IMG/VR virus record: IMGVR_UViG_3300009126_000404
Coordinates: 64,001-128,000 of that record
Origin: a virus
Strand: one strand, 5' to 3'
Length of the DNA stretch: 64,000 nucleotides
Shown here: in pieces, positions 47,233 to 57,627 of the stretch
Layout: each line of letters starts with the position of its first letter
Numbering within the stretch: the first letter of the stretch is position 1
Translations under genes and position numbers: made by a program
The notes under the pieces: generated by a model
The model's input: only the letters and a program-made list of their open reading frames with translations
Told to the model about the DNA's origin: nothing
Database searches by the model: none

Positions 47233-47261
47233 AATATACAACAAATAACCCTATTTGTCAA
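47233..47261 (-). promoter_or_regulatory. Sigma70-like promoter TTGACA-N17-TATATT
   Basis: Hexamers at 47256-47261 and 47233-47238. Confidence 0.55.
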
Positions 47262-47264
47262 TAG

Positions 47265-47453
47265 CTAATTTTTCGCAGTTTTACTGGGTTTTTTATCTAA
47301 ATCTTCCTTTAAATCGCTTAAAATCTTGTGTTTTATGGGTGCTACAGCAACATCTCCAGCAGTAACACTAACTACACCACCTACAGTGAATAAAGTAGGG
47401 CCACAAGCGGTTAGTAGCAATAAAGCCAGTAATATAAAAAATATACGGATCAT
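47265..47453 (-). CDS. Small lipoprotein-like protein
   Basis: Hydrophobic N-terminus ending in a LTAC lipobox. Confidence 0.6.
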   Translation of the reverse strand: MIRIFFILLALLLLTACGPTLFTVGGVVSVTAGDVAVAPIKHKILSDLKEDLDKKPSKTAKN

Positions 47454-50146
47454 TAAAATTCAAATAGATTGTTGAAGGTGTTTTTAGCCGCGGCTTTATC
47501 TAAATCCCACTTCATTACACCTAATAAGTTTTCCAATTTTTTAGTAACTACTACTCTTTCCATATGTTCATCATCAAATGGAAGATCTAAAAACCACTGT
47601 GGAAGCCGTGTTTCATCTGTAGGATAGGCTACACTTGTCATACCTAATGGATTATCTTTTATTCTACAAACAATAGTTTTCATACCATCTGTAATTTCAT
47701 TAGCATAATTATCACTGTTAATTTCACGTAACTTATTCCAATTAAGTGCCGCGGTAACATGGCCAGGCATTGGTGGCTTTTTAATGTCTGCCGTTGTTTT
47801 GTTATTGTTATGTGCTACTTTACGATCTCTTTCAAACTTTGCCATTTTACCTCTATATGCAGTCAAGTTATTAACACGTTTAGGACTACCTTTTTCCCAA
47901 CTAGGCTTGGCTCTATATTCTTTACGAAACTCAATAATTTTATCAATTATTTCTTGTTCTTCACTACCAGTTAGCACATCGAGCAATACGTCTTTTAAAA
48001 AGTCTTGCATCCAAGGTGGAGTATCACTTCTCTTTAAATCTAATCCCATTGCTTTGATATAACCAGGATTACCATCTACATCTTCACGTTTACCTTCGTT
48101 ATCAAATACTAACATTGCGTAACGTTTCTTTGTAATAAAAATACCTGCACTTCCAACCATTTCTTTGTCTGCTTGAATAATACTACCCAAGTCTAATGTA
48201 GTATGAAATGTTCTACTCATAAATCCTGGAAATGTTTTACTTACTTCTTGACATACTGCATCATAATAAGCAATAATATTATCCCTATCCCAATTAATTT
48301 CATTTTTATCAATCTGTTCCTTTAATAAAGGATATGAACTAAAATATGTAGAGTCAGTATCTCCATATACAATTGCTTTACCTTGATGATCATATTCTCC
48401 AGCAATAATTTTATTAATTTCAGCCGCCATATGTCTTGCAATACAACGTCCTGTAAGTGTTGTACTTTGTCCTAATCTACTATCAAAAAATCTACTACCT
48501 GGGTTTAATAATGCACCATACAAACTATTTAAATTAATCTTTTTAACTAACTGTCGTTTGTCCCAAAATGCAAACTCATTGCCGCCTTTTTCACGTGCCG
48601 CTGATGCTTTTGCTTGTAACTCTCTACGATCTGCATACCAACGTTCTAGCAATCCAGGAATAATACCTTTTTTCTCATATGTAAATATTGTACCATTTGC
48701 ACTAATAATCCAAGGTTGCCCACTATTAAAAATAATCTCATATATTTCAGCACCTGTTGCTTTAAAACTAGTTCCATCTTCAAAATCAAGATGTAACATT
48801 TCATCTATATTTTTATCTATTACTAATTCATATTCTCTACACGCGAACTTTCCTTCCCATGCTTCAGCAACTGTTCTTGCATTTTGAATCATTTCTTTTG
48901 TGTGTGTATGGCGAACTTGCCCAACAATAGTTTCTGTACTCATATTGCAACTACGTAAAATACTAGGATATAGACTGTTTAAGTCAATACTACCTATCCA
49001 TTTATGCATTCCTTTTTTAGGATATGCAACATATGCACCAGCCGCCGTTGTTGTATCTCTGTCATAACGTTTATCTGGTACAATCATACCTTTAGTGTGT
49101 GCTTCATTCATAATAGCCTGGTCTGTTTGTGCAACAGCACCCATTGTTGTTTGTAGCAAAACTGTATTAGAATGTGCTAACACATTCGCTAAATCAATAA
49201 ATTGTAATTTAGCATCTAGTTTAACTAATAACTCAACGTCTTGTCTAGAATATGCAATAAACTTTTCAAAGTCATTGTTATAAAGTTGATCTAATGTTCC
49301 TTCGTAATCTACTTTGCGTTCTCCTACTTCGTATTCACCAATTGCATCTAGACTATAACTATGCATTTCATGGTATGTATACTTTCTATACAATTGCATA
49401 TAATCCATATGTACACGACCATATGTATCATATGTTTGTTGCTCTGCACCATAACGTTCGAATTTACGTTCTCTTGGTAACATATCCCATAAACAGAATT
49501 TACGTGTGTGGCTTTTAGACAACACTCGTGATACTCTGTTCACCAAATATGGAATATCAAAACCTTCACTATTCCATCCACTTAAAATATCAGCATCATC
49601 AATTAAATCCAAAAATGCTAATAGCATTTCTTTTTCTGTTGCAAACAAAATAGTATTTTCAAATTTATTAGTAATTTCTTTTGCCTCTTCTAGGTTCATT
49701 GACTTAGGACCAAGAGCAAGACAAATAGTCATATCCATCCAATTACAATGTAAACTAATTGCTGTTAATGGATTAAAAGGATCTTCCGGTGGAGCAAATC
49801 CAACTTCTTTATTAAAATCAGTCTCAATATCAAAAAAGCAAACATTTAACTTAGGAACACTAGTAGGGTCATAATTTTCAGCGAACGTTTTAAAAATAAC
49901 ATTTACATCGCTCTCATATAAACCTTTATGTCCATGAATCTTCTTTTCTGTGTTAAACTTTTTACTTGTGTTACATACAACACGTTCTAATTTCTCACCA
50001 AATATACTTGTGTACTTTCCATTTTGATCTCTATAATAAAATGTATACTTGGCAGGAATTTCTTTAAATTCTCTTTTACCATCTACACGTTCTACTATAT
50101 GTATAATGTCTTTGGCCTTGTCATGAAATGCGTCTACATAACTCAT
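47453..50146 (-). CDS. polB: Family B DNA polymerase (T4 gp43-like)
   Basis: Exonuclease FFDIET/FDIPY; polymerase DLNSLYPS, KINLNSLYG, YGDTDS, KKRY. Confidence 0.97.
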   Translation of the reverse strand: MSYVDAFHDKAKDIIHIVERVDGKREFKEIPAKYTFYYRDQNGKYTSIFGEKLERVVCNTSKKFNTEKKIHGHKGLYESDVNVIFKTFAENYDPTSVPKLNVCFFDIETDFNKEVGFAPPEDPFNPLTAISLHCNWMDMTICLALGPKSMNLEEAKEITNKFENTILFATEKEMLLAFLDLIDDADILSGWNSEGFDIPYLVNRVSRVLSKSHTRKFCLWDMLPRERKFERYGAEQQTYDTYGRVHMDYMQLYRKYTYHEMHSYSLDAIGEYEVGERKVDYEGTLDQLYNNDFEKFIAYSRQDVELLVKLDAKLQFIDLANVLAHSNTVLLQTTMGAVAQTDQAIMNEAHTKGMIVPDKRYDRDTTTAAGAYVAYPKKGMHKWIGSIDLNSLYPSILRSCNMSTETIVGQVRHTHTKEMIQNARTVAEAWEGKFACREYELVIDKNIDEMLHLDFEDGTSFKATGAEIYEIIFNSGQPWIISANGTIFTYEKKGIIPGLLERWYADRRELQAKASAAREKGGNEFAFWDKRQLVKKINLNSLYGALLNPGSRFFDSRLGQSTTLTGRCIARHMAAEINKIIAGEYDHQGKAIVYGDTDSTYFSSYPLLKEQIDKNEINWDRDNIIAYYDAVCQEVSKTFPGFMSRTFHTTLDLGSIIQADKEMVGSAGIFITKKRYAMLVFDNEGKREDVDGNPGYIKAMGLDLKRSDTPPWMQDFLKDVLLDVLTGSEEQEIIDKIIEFRKEYRAKPSWEKGSPKRVNNLTAYRGKMAKFERDRKVAHNNNKTTADIKKPPMPGHVTAALNWNKLREINSDNYANEITDGMKTIVCRIKDNPLGMTSVAYPTDETRLPQWFLDLPFDDEHMERVVVTKKLENLLGVMKWDLDKAAAKNTFNNLFEF

Positions 50147-50259
50147 ATTTTTTTACTCACTTTTTTAAATCCCCAATCAACAAGATATTTGTGTCCACAA
50201 TTAATACATGGTCGAGGCACTGGTGAAACAAACCTATGACCACATTGTAAACATTCCAA
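50143..50259 (-). CDS. Small zinc-ribbon protein (probable TTG start)
   Basis: CLQC...CINC in 38 aa between the MTase and polB. Confidence 0.4.
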   Translation of the reverse strand: MECLQCGHRFVSPVPRPCINCGHKYLVDWGFKKVSKKI

Positions 50260-50260
50260 A

Positions 50261-51379
50261 TCATGTATTATTTTTTTCAAAAACGTATACTCCTTCGAAT
50301 TTTTCTCTACCTTCTGTTTTAAAGTTTCCAACACCAGGACGGGTGTTAAGCAACATCTTAATTGTGTTTGTATGTTTGAATCCAATCTTTTCAGCAAGTT
50401 CAATCCAACGATCTACAACGAAATATTCTTTATTACCATAACTTTTATAGTCTGCAATGTTTGTTGCAAATATTCCATCATCATTAAGACCCTTATGTAT
50501 ATTTTTCATTGTAGGAGCAACATATCCATCAAACCAATCATCCATGCTAGTATATTTAACCATACATTGTGTAGGCTCATCACTGTATTTTTCTAAATTA
50601 AAATAAGGCGGGCTACTAAATGCTAAATCAATATCTTCACATTGATATTCTTCTGATGGCAAACAAATAATCTCAGAACTGTTAGTTAGTAAACTATCTA
50701 AGTATTTTAAATATTCAAATGTTTCTGTATTAGGGTCTGTACCTATATAACTGTAGTTCATATTACTACTTGCTATTCCTATTAACCTTCCACCATAACC
50801 ACAGCTATAATCGTAAATACGACCCCATAGCACCGGACATAAACGTTCTGCAATTGCTCTAGCATGTTGTGGCTTAAAGTTTTGTACATTCTCACCTGTT
50901 ACTAATTCTAAACTTCTACGCATTGCTGTTGGATATACTAATTTATTTCCATCTCTAAATTCAAAGCATATTCTAATAGCTCTACGCAACTTAGCATCAT
51001 CATTAAATCTATCTTTTAAACTATTTGACCCTCTTCCCTTGGGTTCTGCTGTTTGCATATTTGTAAATAAAAATCTACAAAGTGTTTGTCCTAAATTGTT
51101 ACCAAGTCCAATTACATTATTTTCTACATGACTATATGATGCTCGTTTAAATTCTTTTAATGATTGTATTAGTCCATTTTCAGTATAATATATAATTGGT
51201 ACTATACCTCTATTTCTATATATATTAAAAACTTCTTCTATAGTATTTGTAGGATCTTCGTCATATACTTCAGCGGTAAATGTATCCAATTCTGGATACA
51301 AGTCTTCATAACCAGTAAACACATCATTAAAAATATGTTCTGTTCTTATACCCCAAAAATTGTGGATATGATTAATCAC
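50261..51379 (-). CDS. DNA methyltransferase (amino, N4-C/N6-A type)
   Basis: DYSCGYGGRL (motif I) and FSSPPYF (motif IV). Confidence 0.85.
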   Translation of the reverse strand: MINHIHNFWGIRTEHIFNDVFTGYEDLYPELDTFTAEVYDEDPTNTIEEVFNIYRNRGIVPIIYYTENGLIQSLKEFKRASYSHVENNVIGLGNNLGQTLCRFLFTNMQTAEPKGRGSNSLKDRFNDDAKLRRAIRICFEFRDGNKLVYPTAMRRSLELVTGENVQNFKPQHARAIAERLCPVLWGRIYDYSCGYGGRLIGIASSNMNYSYIGTDPNTETFEYLKYLDSLLTNSSEIICLPSEEYQCEDIDLAFSSPPYFNLEKYSDEPTQCMVKYTSMDDWFDGYVAPTMKNIHKGLNDDGIFATNIADYKSYGNKEYFVVDRWIELAEKIGFKHTNTIKMLLNTRPGVGNFKTEGREKFEGVYVFEKNNT

Positions 51380-51382
51380 GTG

Positions 51383-51691
51383 CTAGGCTCCTAGATAAAA
51401 TTTAAGGATTCCTGAAGCCCAAATAAAAATTGCTATGGCATTAAGAAGAATTAATGATCTATCATGCCATAACATTCCAACTACCATCCAGCCAGCGACA
51501 CCAATAAGTGACATAACCATATTCCATGGTTCGTATCCGCCTATTCCTACTAGTGACATGCCAACAAGAAGAAAAATACTAGAGATCCATTTAATGTACC
51601 AAGATAAATCATATCTTGGTGTTACTTTTTTAATTGCTAGTTTTCTCCAATAACCTTTTTCTTCTTCCAATGGTAAATCTTGTTGTTTCAT
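51383..51691 (-). CDS. Small membrane protein
   Basis: YDLSWYIKWISS...GMLWHDRSLILLNA; three hydrophobic helices. Confidence 0.7.
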   Translation of the reverse strand: MKQQDLPLEEEKGYWRKLAIKKVTPRYDLSWYIKWISSIFLLVGMSLVGIGGYEPWNMVMSLIGVAGWMVVGMLWHDRSLILLNAIAIFIWASGILKFYLGA

Positions 51692-51948
51692 TAATCTGGT
51701 CGTCCAACACTTTCAAGTATAGTTTCTACTTGATCAAAAACATCTCTTTGTTTATGTAATTCGCCCTTGTGTGCTACTTTAATGGCTTTATTAATAATAG
51801 CAGGCTTAATGTCCATTTCTTCTGCAACGTGCTTAACTGTATCTCGTAGACCTTCATTAAGAGTCTCAACTTCTGCCATAACATGTATGCCTTCCTGTAT
51901 TAATGTTTTAAGTTTTGCTATATCGTCTTGATTGAATGTAATACTCAT
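51691..51948 (-). CDS. T4 DsbA-like dsDNA-binding protein / transcriptional regulator
   Basis: Helical pattern LRDTVKHVAEEMDIKPAIINKAIKVAHK. Confidence 0.6.
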   Translation of the reverse strand: MSITFNQDDIAKLKTLIQEGIHVMAEVETLNEGLRDTVKHVAEEMDIKPAIINKAIKVAHKGELHKQRDVFDQVETILESVGRPD

Positions 51949-51990
51949 AGATATTCTCCTAGTTTAGTTAATGTTTATTATAGACTATAA

Positions 51991-52860
51991 CTAGGCTAAA
52001 GTCAATTGTTTTCTTATGATATTTTGGGTAACATCTACAACCTGCTGTACATCTTTTAAGTCAATATCGTGTTGTCTACGTACAGATTCTAGTGTTGCTA
52101 GTGCAAATAGCTTCTTTCCTTGGTTTAACTGGAATAAACCTTCATATTTTCCATATATATAACATATAGTTTTTAATTTGTTCACTACATCAAATACCTT
52201 TATATCCCATTCATGAAATCCATTTAGCATTTTATATTCTTTTACCCATGTTTTTATATTATGATTAGGGAATATACTTAATGCAAAATACGTTACATTT
52301 GGGTCGTTTAACCAATCATCCATAGCAAGTACAACGTCTGCGTGTTCAGCCCACATTACATCTTGACCTAAGAATTGGTTATATAAATATTTCCATGTAT
52401 GAGCTAAACTCACAAACTTATTCATCTCATCACTGTATTCTCTTTTTAAAAATAAATCCATATAGCTATAACAATTATTACCCATAATAGTAGTAACTAC
52501 AGTTATAGGAAGTTTGTGTTCATTTCTCCATTTAATAATATCTGCTGTATTTGTTGCATGTGTAAACAATGCTATGTGTTTGCCTGGCTGTAACTCTTCC
52601 CATTTATTACATAAATTTTGTAATGTTTCTAGTTTTATATTCTCATTATTTCTTGCATCGTAATTATATATCTTTGCAAAAGAATCTGAAACATTCCACC
52701 AATCATTAATTACAGTAGCATCTTTAAACTTCGAACCCGCCTCGTCCAGCCATAGATTATTATGTACTACATTGTAGAATTGTGGACTTTGGTTGATTAT
52801 GTATGTTAATGCACTGGCGCTGATTGCACTGCGAGTGCATACAAGGTATATTTGATTCAT
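51991..52860 (-). CDS. Hypothetical protein (possible sulfotransferase-like fold)
   Basis: CTRSAISASALTYIINQSP N-terminal loop. Confidence 0.55.
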   Translation of the reverse strand: MNQIYLVCTRSAISASALTYIINQSPQFYNVVHNNLWLDEAGSKFKDATVINDWWNVSDSFAKIYNYDARNNENIKLETLQNLCNKWEELQPGKHIALFTHATNTADIIKWRNEHKLPITVVTTIMGNNCYSYMDLFLKREYSDEMNKFVSLAHTWKYLYNQFLGQDVMWAEHADVVLAMDDWLNDPNVTYFALSIFPNHNIKTWVKEYKMLNGFHEWDIKVFDVVNKLKTICYIYGKYEGLFQLNQGKKLFALATLESVRRQHDIDLKDVQQVVDVTQNIIRKQLTLA

Positions 52861-52864
52861 ATTA

Positions 52865-53152
52865 CTAACGTCTGTTTGTTTGTTCTAAAAACTTAACACG
52901 TTCATCAAGTTCTTCAATTTTTTTAGATATTTTAGGATTGACTTTTTTCCATGCTTCAGGGTCTTCTTGGAACCAAGTTAAATTAAAACGATTAACAAAA
53001 TAGTCTAATAGTCTTTCCCATTTGCTATATACCCAAAAACTAATTCGGGTGCCACGCATGTATGCGACAAACAATGCACCACAACAGGCTCCACCTATAC
53101 CTGTGTAAATCCACAAGCGATCTGTAGCCATGTTCTGAATTATTTCCCACAT
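52865..53152 (-). CDS. Small membrane-anchored protein
   Basis: N-terminal hydrophobic helix, C-terminal coiled coil. Confidence 0.6.
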   Translation of the reverse strand: MWEIIQNMATDRLWIYTGIGGACCGALFVAYMRGTRISFWVYSKWERLLDYFVNRFNLTWFQEDPEAWKKVNPKISKKIEELDERVKFLEQTNRR

Positions 53153-54249
53153 TATTTAATATACATCTGAGGAAATGGATATTGATCTGGTTTAACCATT
53201 GCAATTACGTATGCTGTATCCATATGAAACCTCATGTCCGTTTTGTCTAAATCACTTGCTTGTTGGATATACACTAACGAATCTTTGTTTTTATCAATAA
53301 ACAAAATTCCTTCCAATGCACCTTTTTCTCTTTTAATGCTAAGATAGTTGTTAACGTTTGCTTGTGCATACAACTGAAGTGCTACACCATTATTACCGTT
53401 TACTATAGCATCTGTAATAGGACCAGTGTCAACACCTTTAGTAAATATATTTTGTAAAAGATTGCTTACGTCTTTTTTAAAGGCTGATTTATGTTTTGGA
53501 TCTGTTAAAGAGTTTGCAAATCCAGTTAAGTGTTTTAGATTCATTCCCGATGCTGGTATTTTTAATCCAGATGCTTCTATTAAATCTTTGTACCTATTTA
53601 TAAATTGGTCAACTAATTGAGTATAATTAGACGTAACACTAACATCTCTATCTGTAAATCTTGCCGCACCTACACTTCTTGTTTTTACTTCTACGTTTTT
53701 GCCATCAATTATTAAATCTCCTGAGCCACCCTGTGCTCCAATGCCAGAAATAGTTTTTGAAAGTACTGCTAATGTAAACTCACCTTCTCCAATTCCATAT
53801 CCTGAAACTTGGTTAAGATCATTTACAAATTCTGTAAATGCAGGGTTTACCCCATATCCTGGAAATATTTCTTCAAATGTTGATGCACCTGGTGATATTA
53901 ATTTACCAGTATTAACTAATTTATTAGCATTCCAGTTTGTAAATAATTCTTTTATTTGAGGTCCGGTGAAATCAATTGCCGCAATAATTTTTGCTATCTT
54001 ATTAGTTGCTTTTTGTACGTCTTCATCATCTATAGCGGTAACTCTATTTAATACACTTGCTACTCTGCCACCTGCTCCAACATCACGTAATGCTTGTTCT
54101 ATTTTATCAATAACGGCGGCAGTTGCTTCACCACCTTTACCATCTACAGGAAGAGCTTGGATCTTATCTATTAGTACTTGTTGTAATTTAAGTAACTCTT
54201 TTGGTGATGCTTCATCTAGTAATTTCTCAAATAAGTGTGTTAGTCTCAT
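53152..54249 (-). CDS. Putative virion internal protein with PD-(D/E)xK nuclease-like domain
   Basis: MRLTHLFE N-terminus; GIGEGE...GDLIIDGKNVEVK. Confidence 0.55.
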   Translation of the reverse strand: MRLTHLFEKLLDEASPKELLKLQQVLIDKIQALPVDGKGGEATAAVIDKIEQALRDVGAGGRVASVLNRVTAIDDEDVQKATNKIAKIIAAIDFTGPQIKELFTNWNANKLVNTGKLISPGASTFEEIFPGYGVNPAFTEFVNDLNQVSGYGIGEGEFTLAVLSKTISGIGAQGGSGDLIIDGKNVEVKTRSVGAARFTDRDVSVTSNYTQLVDQFINRYKDLIEASGLKIPASGMNLKHLTGFANSLTDPKHKSAFKKDVSNLLQNIFTKGVDTGPITDAIVNGNNGVALQLYAQANVNNYLSIKREKGALEGILFIDKNKDSLVYIQQASDLDKTDMRFHMDTAYVIAMVKPDQYPFPQMYIK

Positions 54250-54253
54250 TTTG

Positions 54254-54949
54254 TTAATTCCTATATTTAATAAGATCTTTTAATCTTTGTATATCTTGAC
54301 CTGAATCTTCTTTAACAGAAGACCATAATTTAATTGCTTTGTTAATAATGTTATGAGCATCATCGTCTGAGTCAAACCCATGATGACTAGCAAGGTCAAT
54401 TGAATCAGTATTGTAAATTTGTATGTCTTTAGGAATATTAAGATCTACTAGTGTTTTTACCAGTGACTCTGGGCTTGTTGTTTGATCTTCTAATTTGGTT
54501 TGAACGCCATTCCAAGTATATAATTCAACCATGCCATCATCTGCCTTAAAGGTAATACTTTTAGATGGCCTTGCTTCTTTAAAACCCTTTGTTCTACGGT
54601 CAACCGCTACTGTTTCTTCTAATTCTAAGTCGTAGTGTTTTTTATATGGGCCGGAAGCTATACTTAGGTTGCTAATATGGACTTCTATAAATTTTCCGTT
54701 ATTTAATTTAACATCAACTAATCCACCTCTTCCCATTACAGAAAATACCCTTCCGTTTTTTCCAGACTTAGTTAGAATAACTTTTTGTCCTTTTTTAACT
54801 TTATTAATGGTAAGTGGTTTAGTATTCTTCATTGAAGAATCTTTGTCAAAGTTATATGCAACATTTTTATATTGAGCATGGGTACGAGCCTCATCAATAT
54901 CTGTAGATTCATTTGCCTGCATCCAACGTGTTACTTTATATTTACTCAT
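54254..54949 (-). CDS. Hypothetical (putative virion internal) protein
   Basis: Modular; ANES, LEET, VKED sites. Confidence 0.6.
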   Translation of the reverse strand: MSKYKVTRWMQANESTDIDEARTHAQYKNVAYNFDKDSSMKNTKPLTINKVKKGQKVILTKSGKNGRVFSVMGRGGLVDVKLNNGKFIEVHISNLSIASGPYKKHYDLELEETVAVDRRTKGFKEARPSKSITFKADDGMVELYTWNGVQTKLEDQTTSPESLVKTLVDLNIPKDIQIYNTDSIDLASHHGFDSDDDAHNIINKAIKLWSSVKEDSGQDIQRLKDLIKYRN

Positions 54950-54961
54950 ACTTACGCTCTC

Positions 54962-55219
54962 CTATTTCTTAATTGCTTTCCAAAGTTGATTAACTAACTT
55001 ATCTTTTCTTTCTCTTCTATCTAGCTCAATTCCATAAGTTCTACCAATTTCTTCTAGTTTCACTTTGGTTAATTTTGCTAATTCTTTTTTATTTCTAAAT
55101 GCCGGTTTTATTATTATTGGGTTAGTAACGGTCTTTTTCTTAACTGTGACCTTAGGTTTTGATACAAATACTTGTTGTTTTGCACCATCGCCAAACATTT
55201 TTTTAATCCAATTAAACAT
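54962..55219 (-). CDS. Small protein with Rho-N/HeH-like C-terminal motif
   Basis: LAKLTKVKLEEIGRTYGIELDRRERKDKLVNQL. Confidence 0.6.
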   Translation of the reverse strand: MFNWIKKMFGDGAKQQVFVSKPKVTVKKKTVTNPIIIKPAFRNKKELAKLTKVKLEEIGRTYGIELDRRERKDKLVNQLWKAIKK

Positions 55220-55222
55220 ATT

Positions 55223-56590
55223 TTATTTTTCCCTCTTTCCTTTTATCCACTTAGCCTTTTCAGCTATATGATATGCTTCTTTTTTCTTATCTTCTTCAAC
55301 TCTGTCACTGTCTAAATAATTCCATAATGAATCAAGTTGCATCATTTCTTTTGGTGATAAGCGATCACCTCTTGCTACTAATTCATCAAATACTGCAATT
55401 TCTCTTTTTAATTCTTTTTTAGTCATCGCTCCAGGATGTTTACCTGAAAGTGTCCACGGTGATCTACTTGGATCTATTTCTTTTATAATTGATTCGTTTG
55501 CTCTTTTTAATGCCTTTGCTACACTTGGATGACTTGCTAAACCTTTTGCAAGTTTCTCAATAGCCGCATAAGCACCATCATAATTACCATCTCTATATCT
55601 TGGATCATTTAAAATTCCAAATGCCATTTTAATTTGTTTTGGAGAATATTCATTTAATGTATCGTCATGACGCCTGTTATTTGGTTCGAATCTAAAATCG
55701 TCGCGGTCTGCATCTGCTAACTTTAAATCGTCTGACATTGATTCAGTAGGATGATTTGCATAATTTGCTCTTATAAGACTTGGCTTTAATCCAAGTTCTC
55801 TAGTTCTAATATCATCAACAGCATTTTGAATTCTGTATGCTATCTCATTTTTAAGTTTAGAAGTCATATCTTCAGGCCTATGTTTAAATAATATTTCTAC
55901 ATACTCGTCAATTGTGTTTAAGTATCCTTCCATGTTACCCTTTGGTCCTTCTGTTACTTTTTCTCTAATGCCTCCAGTACCTATTTCATCTCTACAATCA
56001 GAACAAAGAAAATTATAAGGTTCTTCTGAGGCATGATCTGTTGAAGCTGGAATATCTTTACCACATTCTAAACATTTTACAACTTTTTCTTCTTTTACTT
56101 TTTCTGCACTTTCAGTACGATGTCGCCCAATTACAAGTTTGTCAAAAGCACTTTCCATATTGTCAACCATCGTCTCATAGCCACCAAGCATATTTCTAAT
56201 GTCATTAACCATATCGGAACTGTTATCTTTGCCTTCAATGTCTTGTAAGTTAAGAAGTATTTTTCTTACTCGCTTTAATTCTTTTCTTAAATTATGGATT
56301 TGAATACCTTTATAATCATTATAATCTTTACCTGATTTAACATTGTCATGATAAAGATCACTTGCTTCGTCCTCTTTAACACTTTCAAGCATTTTCCAGT
56401 ATTTGTTTACAATACCTCTACGTGCTTCAATTTCGTCTGGAAGAATATGCCCACGAGCATAATGATCTCCTTGAATTTGTAACATTAATTTTAGTTCTTC
56501 TTCTGTACCAAAGGCTCTGGCCATTTCCACACCATTTTCTGTGTGATAATTTTTATCTTCGTTATCTAAAAACTGAGCCTTTGTAAACAT
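55223..56590 (-). CDS. Acidic modular protein, putative prohead-processed internal protein
   Basis: Many [ILVT]-x-E sites; internal CLEC...CSDC zinc motif. Confidence 0.6.
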   Translation of the reverse strand: MFTKAQFLDNEDKNYHTENGVEMARAFGTEEELKLMLQIQGDHYARGHILPDEIEARRGIVNKYWKMLESVKEDEASDLYHDNVKSGKDYNDYKGIQIHNLRKELKRVRKILLNLQDIEGKDNSSDMVNDIRNMLGGYETMVDNMESAFDKLVIGRHRTESAEKVKEEKVVKCLECGKDIPASTDHASEEPYNFLCSDCRDEIGTGGIREKVTEGPKGNMEGYLNTIDEYVEILFKHRPEDMTSKLKNEIAYRIQNAVDDIRTRELGLKPSLIRANYANHPTESMSDDLKLADADRDDFRFEPNNRRHDDTLNEYSPKQIKMAFGILNDPRYRDGNYDGAYAAIEKLAKGLASHPSVAKALKRANESIIKEIDPSRSPWTLSGKHPGAMTKKELKREIAVFDELVARGDRLSPKEMMQLDSLWNYLDSDRVEEDKKKEAYHIAEKAKWIKGKREK

Positions 56591-57627
56591 TATGCTTTCG
56601 CCTCTTCTGGAATACCCATTTTAGCAGCGTCACCATATTTCTTCATAGTCTTTCTTACAATCTTTCCCATTTCCTTACCCACCACTGTTCTATTTGGATG
56701 TACACCTTTTGGTTTCTTTGGCTTTTTGGGCTTTTTTGCAGGTGTAGGAACAGGCTCAACATCTTTAGTTGGAATAAATGTTGTTGTTTGATCTTTGTGT
56801 GGATTACCACTAGTCGGTATAGCACCTGATATAGTAACACCTTCTGCTACTTTTGACTCTTTATGCTTTTTCTTAGCGTTTGCTAACGCATGTTTAAACA
56901 TATCTTTTGCTATTACTTGTAGACTATCATCACGTTTATCATCAAAATCCATACCTTCTGCTACTTCTTCTTTAGGTGTATCTGTTTTTAATTCTTTAAC
57001 TGACTTACTGGAACCAGTATCGCCAGTCTCTTGTAAGTCCAAGTCTTCAGTTTCCTCGGGATGTGAATGTGTGTTTAGTTCCATTCCTTCAGGCTCAATT
57101 TGTGCTTTCATGGCATTATATTCAGTGTAACGACGTACTGCATCCATGTCTTTGCTAGATTGAGCAATTTTACTTTGAACCCAAGGTTCTAAATCATCTT
57201 GGTCTTGAATAACACTATGCAATTTAATTGCATCACGTGCCATAAAGTAAAGTTGACTACGAGCCATAAAGCCGTCTTCATCATCACTATCTAATACACC
57301 TTCTTTAATTGTTTTTTTATTCTCTTGAACTGATTCTTGATGAGCTGGGTGAACGTCATCTTTAGCACCTCGATCATCTACTACGTGACCTATTGTACCA
57401 AAGTGTGCGTCTTCTAAAGCATCATAAAGACCTGCTAATGCTTCTGCTACATCTTTTAAATAAGATGGGTCTCCATCTATTTCCATTACAGCCATCTCTA
57501 GTTGGCCGCCTTGTTTAAAAACTTTTTCAAATTTGTCTATTTCATTCATAATACGATTAAACGTATTATCAATTTTATTATATGTTGGGTGGTTTGTATC
57601 CATGTCGTTACCTCTGTTTAATGCCAC
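56590..57627 (-). CDS. Acidic modular protein, putative prohead-processed internal protein
   Basis: VQE, IKEG, LQE, VAEG x2 sites. Confidence 0.6.
   Translation of the reverse strand: MALNRGNDMDTNHPTYNKIDNTFNRIMNEIDKFEKVFKQGGQLEMAVMEIDGDPSYLKDVAEALAGLYDALEDAHFGTIGHVVDDRGAKDDVHPAHQESVQENKKTIKEGVLDSDDEDGFMARSQLYFMARDAIKLHSVIQDQDDLEPWVQSKIAQSSKDMDAVRRYTEYNAMKAQIEPEGMELNTHSHPEETEDLDLQETGDTGSSKSVKELKTDTPKEEVAEGMDFDDKRDDSLQVIAKDMFKHALANAKKKHKESKVAEGVTISGAIPTSGNPHKDQTTTFIPTKDVEPVPTPAKKPKKPKKPKGVHPNRTVVGKEMGKIVRKTMKKYGDAAKMGIPEEAKA

Noticed and set aside
47453-50146. Intein or intron in polB
   Set aside because: Length and motif spacing are ordinary for a gp43-like polymerase
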